A DNA stretch of 63,109 bases, filler included, from 9 parts of 9 records of this genome joined end to end with filler, not necessarily neighbours in it; one strand, 5' to 3'. Shown: positions 12,341 through 22,469, counted from the first letter of the whole stretch. The notes: generated from the sequence alone by a model not told the origin. Numbers and translations are program-made.

Positions 12341-13636
12341 CTATTCAGCTTCTTTCAATTCCTGTTGTTCTTTGTTATCAGGTTGACCAAAAGGTACAAA
12401 ATATGCTGCTAAAAATGCAGGGATGGTAGCAATTAGTACCCACACAAAAAAGTATTTATAACCCAGCCAGTCGCTAATTAAACCACTTAGCATTCCCGGC
12501 AACATAACTCCAAGATTCATAATTCCGGTGGCAAAAGCATAGTGCGCCATTTTGTATTTTCCGGGCGCTACCTGTTGCATCATAAACAGCATTAACCCTA
12601 CAAAACCAAAACCATAACCAAGGTATTCAACAATAACAGCAATGGCAATAAGGTAAAGCTGCTCGGGTTGGGTAAAAGCCAAAACCAAATAAACGGCAAA
12701 TGGTATATTTACACAGGCAACTAAAATCATAAGTGCTCGTTTTAAGCCTCGTCTGGCAATAAAGTAACCCGATAAAATTGAGCCCAATACAAAAGCTGCT
12801 GTACCAAAAGTCCCATAAATCAAACCAATTTCTGCTGTGCTTAAACCAAGACCTCCGTCGGCAACCGGTGCTTTAAAAAACAATGGAGCAATTTTTATGG
12901 CAAAACCTTCTGCAAAACGAAAAAGTATGATAAAGACAATGTAGGCGAAAATAAATTTCTTTTGGAAAAACGTTTTAAAAACATCCCAAAGAGTACTAAA
13001 TCCCTCCTTAAGGCTGGTAACTTCTTTCTTTACATTTCCTCCGCTTGGTAATTGTTTTATGTGGTATAAACCCAGCAATATCATAAGAGCTCCAACGGCA
13101 AACATTACCGACATCCAGGCATGAACTACCCCCAGTTTATTTTCCAAAACACCTGCCAGATAAACAAAGCCTCCCTGAGCCAAAACCTTGGCAATATTAT
13201 ACGAGGCTCCCTGCCATCCAATATATTCAGCCTGCTGATTTTTCGAAAGTACATTCAAATAAACCCCATCTGTGGCTATGTCGTTGGTAGCACCGCTAAA
13301 GGCAATAATTCCAAGCAATGCAATTGAATAAGTGAAAAAATTGCCAAGAGGTAACGACAATGCAACAAAAGCAAAGGTTATACCGGTTACAAATTGCGCG
13401 GCAATAACAAAGAATTTTTTCGATTTAAACATCTCCAGTACCGGACTCCACAAAGGTTTTAACGACCACGGCAGCAATAATAACGATGTCCACAATGCAA
13501 TTTGTGTATCAGAAATTTCCATGCTTTTGTACATTAAAGCAGAGGCTACTGCAATAATTGCAAATGGCAGTCCCATTGCAAAATACGCACTTGGCACCCA
13601 AAAAGCGGGTTTCGTTTGTTTATTATCTTTCGACAT
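12341..13636 (-). CDS. AmpG-like MFS transporter
   Basis: 431 aa with about 12 TM segments; motifs YFAMGLP, LPWSLKPLWSP, ATNDIATDG. Confidence 0.88.
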   Translation of the reverse strand: MSKDNKQTKPAFWVPSAYFAMGLPFAIIAVASALMYKSMEISDTQIALWTSLLLLPWSLKPLWSPVLEMFKSKKFFVIAAQFVTGITFAFVALSLPLGNFFTYSIALLGIIAFSGATNDIATDGVYLNVLSKNQQAEYIGWQGASYNIAKVLAQGGFVYLAGVLENKLGVVHAWMSVMFAVGALMILLGLYHIKQLPSGGNVKKEVTSLKEGFSTLWDVFKTFFQKKFIFAYIVFIILFRFAEGFAIKIAPLFFKAPVADGGLGLSTAEIGLIYGTFGTAAFVLGSILSGYFIARRGLKRALMILVACVNIPFAVYLVLAFTQPEQLYLIAIAVIVEYLGYGFGFVGLMLFMMQQVAPGKYKMAHYAFATGIMNLGVMLPGMLSGLISDWLGYKYFFVWVLIATIPAFLAAYFVPFGQPDNKEQQELKEAE

Positions 13637-13795
13637 GTATTTTCTTTTTTTCGTAATCTTATTTGAAGCTTCGAAAATACACTAAAATATTTTTTTACAA
13701 ACGTCCGGGATGAATTTTAAATTTTTTTATAAAGTTCTTAGGCTAAATTTTACAAAAACAATACTTTTATCTGCAAAAAGTTAAAGAAACTAACT

Positions 13796-14973
13796 ATGAA
13801 AATTTCAGTCCTGTCTTGTTTACTTTTAGTTGTAGTTATAATGTTCTCTGGCTGCAATTCCAAATCAACAAAAAATGCAAAGAACGCAGATGTAAAATCA
13901 GAAAAAGAATACATGGTGGTGGCCTATGTTGCAGGTTACCGCGATTTCGATTTTAGCACAATCGATGTTTCGGGCATTACGCATATTAATTATGCCTTCG
14001 GAAATATTCGCGATGGAGAAGCGGTTTTCGATACTACAAAAATTGATGGAAAAAACTTAACTCCCGATGATATTGTAAAACTGAATAGCTTGAAATCGAA
14101 AAATCCAGATTTAAAAGTACTGGTTTCAGTGGGAGGCTGGAGTTGGTCGGGCAGTTTTTCCGATGCAGCATTAACAAAAGCATCGCGTTTGAAATTTGCC
14201 AAAAGCTGTGCGCGTTTCGTGAAAGATTATAATATGGATGGAATTGATTTGGACTGGGAATACCCCAACCAATCGGGCGCAGGAAATATTCACCGCCCCG
14301 AAGATGTACACAATTTTACCCTGATGTTGAAAGCGGTTCGCGAAGAGCTGGATAAAATGGCTGCGCAGGAAGGAAGTGGAAATCACTATTTACTTACAAT
14401 TGCCACCGGTGCCGACAAAGCTTATGTTGATAATGTGGAGATGGGGGAGATTCATAAATACCTCGATTTTCTGAATATTATGACCTACGATTTTTATAAT
14501 GGCTGGCACAATGTAACCGGTCACCACAGCAATTATTTGGCTTCGGCAAAACCCGAACTGGATAAAAACAGCGTAGTGAATGCGGTTGATATGCATGTAA
14601 ATGCCGGCTTTCCTGTTGAAAAGATTAATCTTGGCCTTCCGTTTTACGGGAGAATATGGAAGGGGTTAAAGCAGAATCCAACGATGCGCTTTTTAAAGAA
14701 GCAGAAACTGTAGGAATGGGAATTGATTATATAGATTTTTTTCAGAATATAAATGCAAACGGCTTTACCCGCTACTGGGATGAGGCTGCCAAAGCTCCAT
14801 ATTTGTGGAACCCTGAAGAAAAGACCTTTATCTCGTACGAAGACGAAGAATCGATTGCCCTGAAAGTGGAATACCTGAAAAAACGAGGGCTGGCCGGTGT
14901 TATGTTTTGGGAATACAGTGCCGATCACGAATACAAGTTGTTGAATGCCGTTCGTGACAACTTAAAACAATAA
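13796..14973 (+). CDS. GH18 chitinase lipoprotein (one frameshift at about 14662, in a G run)
   Basis: Lipobox FSGC, SVGGW, catalytic DGIDLDWEYP, MTYDF, GLPFYGR. The C-terminus (GLAGVMFWEY) lies in ORF 14656-14973. Confidence 0.92.
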
Positions 14974-15279
14974 GGTTACTTGTTTCCCTTTGGGCTTCTG
15001 CATTATCATAATAAATAGAAGGCTTTCTGATTGTGGTTTGTAAAATTGGCAAAAAGGAAGTTTTAAGGATTGGTGTCGATTATTTTGGGGTAGATTCCAA
15101 AGAATGGTATTAAAATGATATTTTTACTCTCGTATTTATGACACTTTCAAATGCAGCTTAAGATATTTGTAATCTCATTCTTGTCGAAAAAATGGATAAA
15201 AAGTTTTTCCACTTGCAGATTGAAATGCAGAATTGATATTCTGGATGCATAGAGATTAAGGCATAATAAACACATTAAA

Positions 15280-17109
15280 ATGAAAAAAACTACATTATTA
15301 ATTTTTGGCATCATGTTGCTAACAACAGTGTTGGCACAAGAGAAAGAACTTGCCAAACCGATATTCGAAAATGGCGAAGCGCAAATTGTAAAAGCTTTTG
15401 AAGATGCCGACCGCTGGATTCGTGAAGACCTTTGGGTGGAAACAGAATTCGATACCGATGGCGATGGTCGCCTCGACCGAATGCACGTTGATGTTACCCG
15501 TCCGCGCCAAACAGAAACCGAAGGCCTGAAACTGCCCGTTGTTTATAATTCCAGCCCATACTTTGCCGGAACTTCCGGTAATAATCCCGATTATTTTTGG
15601 GATGTAAACCACGAAATAGGAGAGAAACCAAAACAATACACCTATCCGTCTGAAATTAAACGCCGCGGAGAACGGCCCATAATTTCAAAAGCTCATGTTG
15701 CAACTTGGGTGCCGCGTGGGTATATTGTGGTGCACTCATCGTCTCCGGGAACAGGATTATCAGATGGTTCGCCAACAGTGGGTGGCGACAACGAATCGCT
15801 GGCGCCGAAAGCTGTTATCGACTGGCTGTGTGGCCGAGGTAAAGGTTTTACAAGCCGTACCGGAGTAGAAGAAGTAAAAGCCTACTGGTGTACCGGGAAA
15901 GTGGGAATGACCGGAACTTCGTACAACGGAACACTGCCGCTGGCAGCTGCAACAACCGGCGTTGAAGGACTCGAAGCCATTATTCCTGTGGCGCCAAACA
16001 CATCCTATTATCACTATTACCGCTCAAACGGTTTGGTGCGCTCGCCTGGCGGTTATTTAGGCGAAGATGTGGATGTGCTGTTCGATTTTATCCACAGTGG
16101 CGACCTCGATAAACGTGCTTATGCCCGCGAACACATTCGCGATACTGAAATGCGCGAAGGTAAAGACCGCATTACCGGTGATTACAACGACTTTTGGGCT
16201 GGCCGCGATTACCTGAACGACATGGCGCCTATGAAAGCAGCACTGCTAATGTCGCATGGTTTTAACGACTGGAACGTGATGCCCGAACACAGCTTTCGCA
16301 TTTACGAAGCAGCCAAAGCAAAAGGACTTCCCTGTATGATTTACTATCACCAAAATGGCCATGGCGGACCACCACCAATCTCAATGATGAACCGTTGGTT
16401 TACGCACTATCTTTTTGGAGTAGATAATGGTGTGGAAGACGATGCGAGGGCATGGATTGTGCGCGAGAACGATAAACGTAGCGAACCAACTCCTTACGCA
16501 GATTACCCAAATCCGGATGCGTCGCCAGTAAAACTATATCTTACAAACGGTGCGCCCGAAAAAGGTAGTTTAGTAATGTTTAAACCCGCAATTCTGGAAA
16601 AAGAAACGCTTGTCGATAATTACTCATTTTCGTCGGAAGCGCTGGCACAAGCCGAAAATACAGAGCATCGCTTAATTTATGTTACTCCTGAATTGAAAGA
16701 AGATTTACATATTTCGGGAAAAGCAAAAATTACCATAAAAGCTGCCAGTAGTAAACCTGCTGTAAACCTTTCGGTATATTTGGTTTCGTTGCCGTGGAAT
16801 AATAAGCGCAATACAAAAATTACAGATAACATCATCACCCGCGGCTGGGCCGATTTGCAGAACTATAAATCGTTAACAGAAAGTAAGCCGCTAAAACCCG
16901 GCAAATTCTACGAAATGACTTTCGAGTTGCAACCCGACGATCAGATTATTCCTGCCGGTCAGCAAATTGGGCTGATGATTTTCTCCAGCGACAAAAATTT
17001 CACCCTGCATCCAAAACCGGGAACTAAGCTTACGGTTGATTTAAAGGGAACAAGTATTACTATACCGGTTGTTGGCGGAAAGGAAGCGTTCGAAAAGGCT
17101 GTAAAATAA
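15280..17109 (+). CDS. Xaa-Pro dipeptidyl-peptidase (PepX/CocE-NonD family)
   Basis: Signal peptide, SPYFAG, nucleophile motif GTSYNG, HGFNDWNV, PepX-like C-terminal domain. Confidence 0.88.
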   Translation: MKKTTLLIFGIMLLTTVLAQEKELAKPIFENGEAQIVKAFEDADRWIREDLWVETEFDTDGDGRLDRMHVDVTRPRQTETEGLKLPVVYNSSPYFAGTSGNNPDYFWDVNHEIGEKPKQYTYPSEIKRRGERPIISKAHVATWVPRGYIVVHSSSPGTGLSDGSPTVGGDNESLAPKAVIDWLCGRGKGFTSRTGVEEVKAYWCTGKVGMTGTSYNGTLPLAAATTGVEGLEAIIPVAPNTSYYHYYRSNGLVRSPGGYLGEDVDVLFDFIHSGDLDKRAYAREHIRDTEMREGKDRITGDYNDFWAGRDYLNDMAPMKAALLMSHGFNDWNVMPEHSFRIYEAAKAKGLPCMIYYHQNGHGGPPPISMMNRWFTHYLFGVDNGVEDDARAWIVRENDKRSEPTPYADYPNPDASPVKLYLTNGAPEKGSLVMFKPAILEKETLVDNYSFSSEALAQAENTEHRLIYVTPELKEDLHISGKAKITIKAASSKPAVNLSVYLVSLPWNNKRNTKITDNIITRGWADLQNYKSLTESKPLKPGKFYEMTFELQPDDQIIPAGQQIGLMIFSSDKNFTLHPKPGTKLTVDLKGTSITIPVVGGKEAFEKAVK

Positions 17110-17279
17110 AAGATTCCGAAACGAGTTGTCAATGACAGATTCAATAAGTATCTTCTAATAAAACAAATATTATTGTCATTTCGACGAGGAATGAGGAGAA
17201 ATCTCTCACCTATGAAACAGGTTTCTCAATCGTGCCTTCTGCCAATGACAGATTTAAATTTAGACCCTGAAACGAGTTC
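17110..17279. repeat. Degenerate REP-like intergenic repeats
   Basis: Direct repeats gaaacgagtt (twice) and caatgacagatt (twice), plus a gtcatttcgac...gagaaatctc element. Confidence 0.45.
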
Positions 17280-17397
17280 NNNNNNNNNNNNNNNNNNNNN
17301 NNNNNNNNNNNNNNNNNNNNNNNTTAATTAATTAANNNNNNNNNNNNNNNNNNNNNNNNNNNNNNNNNNNNNNNNNNNNTGGAGTTTGAGCGGTTTG

Positions 17398-17431
17398 TGA
17401 TATAATAAAAATTATTATTTTTAAATGGAGG
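17398..17431 (+). promoter_or_regulatory. Extended -10 promoter and RBS of the DUF429 gene
   Basis: TGaTATAAT at 17398-17406 and GGAGG upstream of the GTG at 17443. Confidence 0.5.
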
Positions 17432-17442
17432 AAAAGTAAAAT

Positions 17443-18111
17443 GTGAATAAATTAAATGGAAAAATTGTCGGATATGACCCCGGTGGAAACGGTAATCATG
17501 GTTTTGCTATTCTGGAAATCGAAAAAGGAAAACCGAGTAATCTTCATGTAAAGACTCTGGAAACAGCAAATGATGTAATTGCAGAGATAAAACGTCTTGA
17601 AGGTTTTATCGGTATCGGAATAGATACTCTCACCTGTTGGTGTACCGGTGCAAGCGGTTCGCGCCCGGCAGATAGGTTTTTTAGAGGGAATGATGAATAT
17701 AAGGATGTTCAGAATAGCGTGATATCTCCAAACTCTTTATTCGGTTCAATGGCCTTGAATGGTATGTCTGTTCTAATTTCATTAAGAAATAAGGATAAAG
17801 ATATTCCAATTTCAGAGACACATCCAAAAGTTCTCTATTATGCATTAAAAGATGAGAAATACAATTATGAACAGAAAAAAGAAGACATGGATAAGGATTT
17901 GATAGATGAAATTGGAGTCCCTGAAATCATAATTTCCAATGACCACGAATGGGATGCAGCTATTTCTGCCTATAGCTTTTATAAGGGGTATACGAAGGAG
18001 TGGTCTTTCGATCTTCATCAAAAAGAGCCGAGTGAAAATGAGGGTGTCATGATCGAGCCCTGCGGCAAAACATTCTATTATTGGCCTGATTTGCCGAAGG
18101 ACCCAAAATAG
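17443..18111 (+). CDS. DUF429-family predicted RNase H-fold nuclease
   Basis: N-terminal VGYDPG, IGID, R.AD, ETHP, DHEWDA acidic motifs; AT-rich. Confidence 0.7.
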   Translation: MNKLNGKIVGYDPGGNGNHGFAILEIEKGKPSNLHVKTLETANDVIAEIKRLEGFIGIGIDTLTCWCTGASGSRPADRFFRGNDEYKDVQNSVISPNSLFGSMALNGMSVLISLRNKDKDIPISETHPKVLYYALKDEKYNYEQKKEDMDKDLIDEIGVPEIIISNDHEWDAAISAYSFYKGYTKEWSFDLHQKEPSENEGVMIEPCGKTFYYWPDLPKDPK

Positions 18112-18124
18112 TTTCTAAATAAAA

Positions 18125-19310
18125 TTAATATTCCTCCCGTTTCTCATAAGCTTCAAACCGAGCATACTGCTTAAGAAAGGCAAGCTGCATGGTGCCGATG
18201 GGACCGTTCCGCTGTTTGGCGATGATGACATCGGTGGGGGGGCTTCGGCGTTTTCTTCGCGGTCACGATGGAGGAATATGACCATTTCGGCGTCCTGTTC
18301 GATGGAACCGGATTCCCGTAGATCGGCGAGGGTCGGGGGTTTTCCTTCTGATTGGCGGCCGACCTGGGAGAGGCAGATTATGGGGATGTCCAGTTCCCGG
18401 GCGAGGGCTTTTAGGGAGCGGGAGATTTCTGCTACCTGTTCGTGGCGGGGAAGGTTGCCTTTTATTTCCGGGGTTATGAGTGCTGCGAAGTCTGCCTTGC
18501 TTAACATTCCGGAACGGATGGCGTTTGAAAGTATGCGGGCTTCGGCAGCGAGGATACGCATCATCAGGGCCTGATCGGACATTTCCAAAGTAAAGAAGCC
18601 GAGTTTATGCTTATGTTTGATTGATATGTTGGAGGCGAGGGAGAGGGCGAATGCGGTTTTTCCGATGGAGGGGCGGGCGCCGATGATGATGAGTTCGGAG
18701 TTTTGAAAGCCGTTGGTAAACTCGTCGAGTTTGGAATAGCCGCTGGGGATTCCGGAGAGGGCTCCCTTTCCATTGTAGAGTTCTTCGATCCTGTCGATGG
18801 CCGGTGTTAAGAGTGAACCGACTTGTCTGTATTTGGCAGATTGCTGATTATCAGTTATGGCGAAGATATTTTCTTTTCGGCTGTATCCAGGATGGTTCTG
18901 TAGTCCTGGGTGACATCGTGGGCATCGGCCTTCATAAGATCGGCGGCCCTGGAGAGGTCTCTGCGTATGCTGCACTCTTTCACGTGTTTGGCATAGAACT
19001 CGACATTGGCGCTGGTGGGGACCTTATCCGTCAGCTGAGCAATATAGGCACTGCCTCCGGATGAATCAAGCTTGCCTTCAGCTTTCAGGTGACGGACCAC
19101 AGTTATCAGATCAATTGGTTCATTGATATTGGATAGGGCGAGGATAGTATTAAATACGTTCCTGTGGGCGGATTTATAAAAATCCTGACTTCTTAGGTGG
19201 CTTATAACATCATCCAGGGAGGCTGGATTCAGAAGGAGAGCGCCAAGGGTGGCTTCTTCGGCTTCAATGTCATGGGGCGGTGTTTTATCCTGCATTAATG
19301 TTGACGGCAT
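18125..19310 (-). pseudogene. dnaB: Probable second copy of replicative helicase DnaB with an in-frame deletion of about 48-50 aa removing Walker B; two apparent frameshifts (about 18870 and 18240)
   Basis: PPHDIEAEEATLGALL, Walker A GARPSIGKT, LEMS, EISRSLK, SQVGR, DLRESGSIEQDA, and AKQRNGP in a shifted frame. KADFAAL joins directly to ITPE with no IDD...IDY segment. It could instead be an intact variant ORF of about 395 aa. Confidence 0.8.
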
Positions 19311-19341
19311 GGTTTATCCTTTGAAATTGTGGTTGTTTCAA

Positions 19342-19374
19342 AGGATAAAAGGAGAAGTGGGACAAAACATGTCC
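19342..19374 (-). promoter_or_regulatory. Candidate WYL-regulator box GGAC-N7-GTCC next to a -10 element (TATCCT), upstream of dnaB
   Basis: Minus strand reads GGACATGTTTTGTCC-CACTTCTCCTTT-TATCCT. Confidence 0.55.
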
Positions 19375-19403
19375 GTCTGAAAATATTATTTGGAAAAGTT
19401 TAT

Positions 19404-20393
19404 TTATCCAGAGTATCGATCAAATGTATCCGAGAACCACTCTTTCGCTCTCAGTCTCAAGGATTCGGGTTCAAGAATCTCTGCATTGGGCCCCCATTTG
19501 GCTACCCAGTACAGTGTCTGACTCTCCTGGTTTGTAGAAAATTTCAAAAGAATGTTGCCGTCTTCCAGCTCTTCAAGTTTCTGAGCCGCATGCCAATGTC
19601 TCTCTTTGATTAAAGAGGCAATGGGGGGATAGAACTTTATAAAAACCACGATGGGTTCCTCTTTCATAAAAATGCCGAAGGAGGGATCGATGTGATCTTC
19701 AGGATTAAAACCTTCCGGAGGGGTGAATCTTTCATGGGAAAGTTGAATGTTCTGAAATCGGGCAAGGGCGTAAACCCTGACTTTCTTATGCCGGTTGGAA
19801 TACCCAAGCAGGTACCACTCTCCCATATGACCTACCAGATGGTAGGGGGCAAGATCCCCTGTAAAGGGTTCGGAGTACCCGGGTCTTAGATATTGAAAAT
19901 CGATGTATCTATGCTCTTTGAGGGCTTTCTGGAGTTTTTCCCATGTATCACTTTGAATATTGGTAACCGGTTCGGGGATGATCGAAAAGTTTGAAGCCAG
20001 TTCGGAGGACTGGACACTCACCCTGTTGGGAAGAAGACGTTTGAGTTCATCGAAAATGTGGTTGAGCTTTTCGTAGAAGGGGCTGTTCAGGTAGGAGTTC
20101 AGAGCCCTCTCTATCACAAGGAGGGCCAGGAGATCGCCGGATGTCATGACCATGCCATCGAGCTCGAAGGTTTCGTCGGTGTAGTAGTATCCTTTCTGAC
20201 TGCGATCGTATTCTATGGGGGCATTCTGATTTCTCAGGGATTCAATAGATCGCTGAAAGGTCTTTTCGGATAAGGAGTCACCGGATTCGGCAAGGTAATC
20301 CCGGGCTAATGCGGCGGCGGAAGGGTAGTCCCTTTTGTATTTCAGCCGGCGGTGAATATAGGCGATCCTTAAATGCTGTGACAGGTAGCTCAT
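19404..20393 (-). CDS. wHTH-WYL-WCX transcriptional regulator (PafC/DriD-like)
   Basis: 329 aa; wHTH (SEKTFQRSI..LR...IEYDR...GYYY), PYHLV..GEWYLLG, RVYALARF, WH..Q, WVAKWGP.AEILEP..LR. Confidence 0.92.
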   Translation of the reverse strand: MSYLSQHLRIAYIHRRLKYKRDYPSAAALARDYLAESGDSLSEKTFQRSIESLRNQNAPIEYDRSQKGYYYTDETFELDGMVMTSGDLLALLVIERALNSYLNSPFYEKLNHIFDELKRLLPNRVSVQSSELASNFSIIPEPVTNIQSDTWEKLQKALKEHRYIDFQYLRPGYSEPFTGDLAPYHLVGHMGEWYLLGYSNRHKKVRVYALARFQNIQLSHERFTPPEGFNPEDHIDPSFGIFMKEEPIVVFIKFYPPIASLIKERHWHAAQKLEELEDGNILLKFSTNQESQTLYWVAKWGPNAEILEPESLRLRAKEWFSDTFDRYSG

Positions 20394-20395
20394 TT

Positions 20396-21865
20396 TTACA
20401 GTTCCTTCAATACTTCATATATCCTGACCATGGCCAGAGTGTCCAGGTAACAGTATGCCCTTAAGGATTCTGATAGTCCAGATTTTTTCATTTTATCATC
20501 GGTTTCAATCAGATCGATCCAGGCGGATTGGGCAGCTGTTCCATTCTGGACTTCCAGATCTTTATAGGAGAGATCAGGAAAGATAACGGGAAGAACGGCT
20601 TTAATGGAGTTGGATCCGCCGAAGGCGGGATCGAGGTAATGGTTTTTAAAGATATCAAGAAGGTCCCAGAACCGGGGGATGAGTGCCTGCAGTTTCCCAT
20701 CAAGGTCGGGGAAGGCTTTGCCCAGATCCTTTATAACGGTTTTTTCGAAAGAGGCGTTATAGGCAATGATGGTGCCGTAATCTCTTAGGGAAGAGAGAAG
20801 GGCTTCGGCCAGGGGAGGTCGCGGGTCGTTTTTTTCTTCATGGAGGTATTCGGTATGTGTGAATTCACCATTATCGTCAATAATGTGGAGGGAGTATTGA
20901 AAGGGGAACTTCTCATAGGGCTTCAGGCCGTCTATCCAGGGGAGGGCCGGGTTGTCGGTCTCGAAATCCAGGAAATAGAGAGGAAAGGAAAGGGATGAGA
21001 GTTCATCTCTGATTGCCGGTATATCAATCTCTTTTCGACGGGCCTTGTATAGATCGACAAATCTTCTCTGATTCTCAGAAAGGGCATAGCCTTCAGGAAT
21101 ATCTTCAATCGTTGTAATGGAGGAGTCTATAAGGTTGTCCACTTTATTGCCGGATAAGCGTGGGATGTTGAAAATCGAAATCTTTGGTACTGCGGCTTTT
21201 TTAAAGCAGTAATTTCTAAAAGAACAGATATAGGGGCTCGAGCAGTGAGAGCCTATGGGATGATCGGGCTCTTCGGTCAGATGCAGAATATCATTATATC
21301 TTGCCAGGTTGACCGCGACTTCCGGAAGATACTCCCGTACTTCAAGGCTTAGATCTTCCAGTGTGAAAAAATCTGAAAGATTCGGATAACGGCAGGTGGT
21401 GTTTACGTGCATGAGTATCAGTTTGCCGAGTTTTAATCCCGCGGATTCAAGGGCCCATGTCTGTACGGCCAGATCGAGGATGTGTTCGGGTTTTACTTTG
21501 GATGAGGATTTTACTTCGATAAGGTTATAGGTATTGTCAGGATTCCTTTGAAGGATATCTGCCCGGACCAGGGTGTTTTTATGGAGGAAGCAGGCTTCGA
21601 AAAGAGCGGGGACATCGGAATCGAGGGCCGCCCTTGTTTGTTCCAGGGCCAGGTTTGTCTGATTGTAGGGAGCCTCGATCAGTACGCCGCCGGGGTACTC
21701 TTCCTGAGCCAGTTCTCCGATCAGGCTGCCCTGATCAAAGATGCGCTGCTGGGCGGGTCCGGGTTCTTCGGCTTCATGGGGTTTATGGTTCTGGAGCCAG
21801 AGGAGTTTTTCGCACTGTTGACCGGAGAGGTACCTGGATTTTGAGAGGCACGGGGTGTTTTTCAT
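20396..21865 (-). CDS. DUF2779 protein: N-terminal Cas4-like PD-(D/E)XK nuclease with predicted Fe-S cysteines, fused to a DnaQ/RNase H-like exonuclease
   Basis: LSKS.Y..G.QC.K.LWL, RADIL..LIEVKSS, CSSPYICSFRNYC, LDFET, PFQYSLH, YNASFE, SIKAVLP, YCYLDTLAM. Its stop is 2 nt from the WYL start. Confidence 0.85.
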   Translation of the reverse strand: MKNTPCLSKSRYLSGQQCEKLLWLQNHKPHEAEEPGPAQQRIFDQGSLIGELAQEEYPGGVLIEAPYNQTNLALEQTRAALDSDVPALFEACFLHKNTLVRADILQRNPDNTYNLIEVKSSSKVKPEHILDLAVQTWALESAGLKLGKLILMHVNTTCRYPNLSDFFTLEDLSLEVREYLPEVAVNLARYNDILHLTEEPDHPIGSHCSSPYICSFRNYCFKKAAVPKISIFNIPRLSGNKVDNLIDSSITTIEDIPEGYALSENQRRFVDLYKARRKEIDIPAIRDELSSLSFPLYFLDFETDNPALPWIDGLKPYEKFPFQYSLHIIDDNGEFTHTEYLHEEKNDPRPPLAEALLSSLRDYGTIIAYNASFEKTVIKDLGKAFPDLDGKLQALIPRFWDLLDIFKNHYLDPAFGGSNSIKAVLPVIFPDLSYKDLEVQNGTAAQSAWIDLIETDDKMKKSGLSESLRAYCYLDTLAMVRIYEVLKEL

Positions 21866-22469
21866 GGCTCATGTCTATTATATCTGTTCTCCCACTTTTT
21901 ATACACTGTTTTATTTATTGCTCTATTGTTGCAGGAATGTATGGTGGGGTAGTGATGTTTTGGGTTCAGAAGAGAGGGGGAGATCGAAGAAGAATGTGGT
22001 ACTGCTGTTTTGCTGGGGAGGAGCGCCGGACCGGCTTAAGCCGGCTTCGGCATCTGCTGTATTAAGCTGACCTTCCCACTCTTCCTGGTTGGTAATACAA
22101 GGTGGGCCCTGGCTGCGATGTAGGGGGAGCTCCTTGTGCGGTGCCTTGGGAGAGAATATTTGATAGGATTCTTGGAAAAACTGAAAATTTAATCTAAAAT
22201 TCTCAGTTGAATCGATAAAAAATGTGTATATCACTATTTCCTGTTAAAATATAGCAAATAACTATATATTTATATGAATTAGAATAATCGCTATTTACTT
22301 TAATGTAGGACGTTGTATATAGAGAAAATTAACTCAGTTTCATAATAGGGGATTCAATTATTTCAAATATAGGGATATAATGATAAAATAATGTATAGCA
22401 TAACAGAAGTATGTTTTAGTTTTCTAAACAAAATGTACTAAAAGCAATATTTAAATGGAAAACTGAGCT

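Noticed and set aside
22020-22150. GC-rich stretch with ccggcttaagccgg palindrome as a possible ncRNA
   Set aside because: Only one short palindrome, no tRNA or known RNA features; insufficient support
20396-22300. CRISPR-Cas locus suggested by the Cas4-like domain and WYL
   Set aside because: No repeat-spacer array or other cas genes seen
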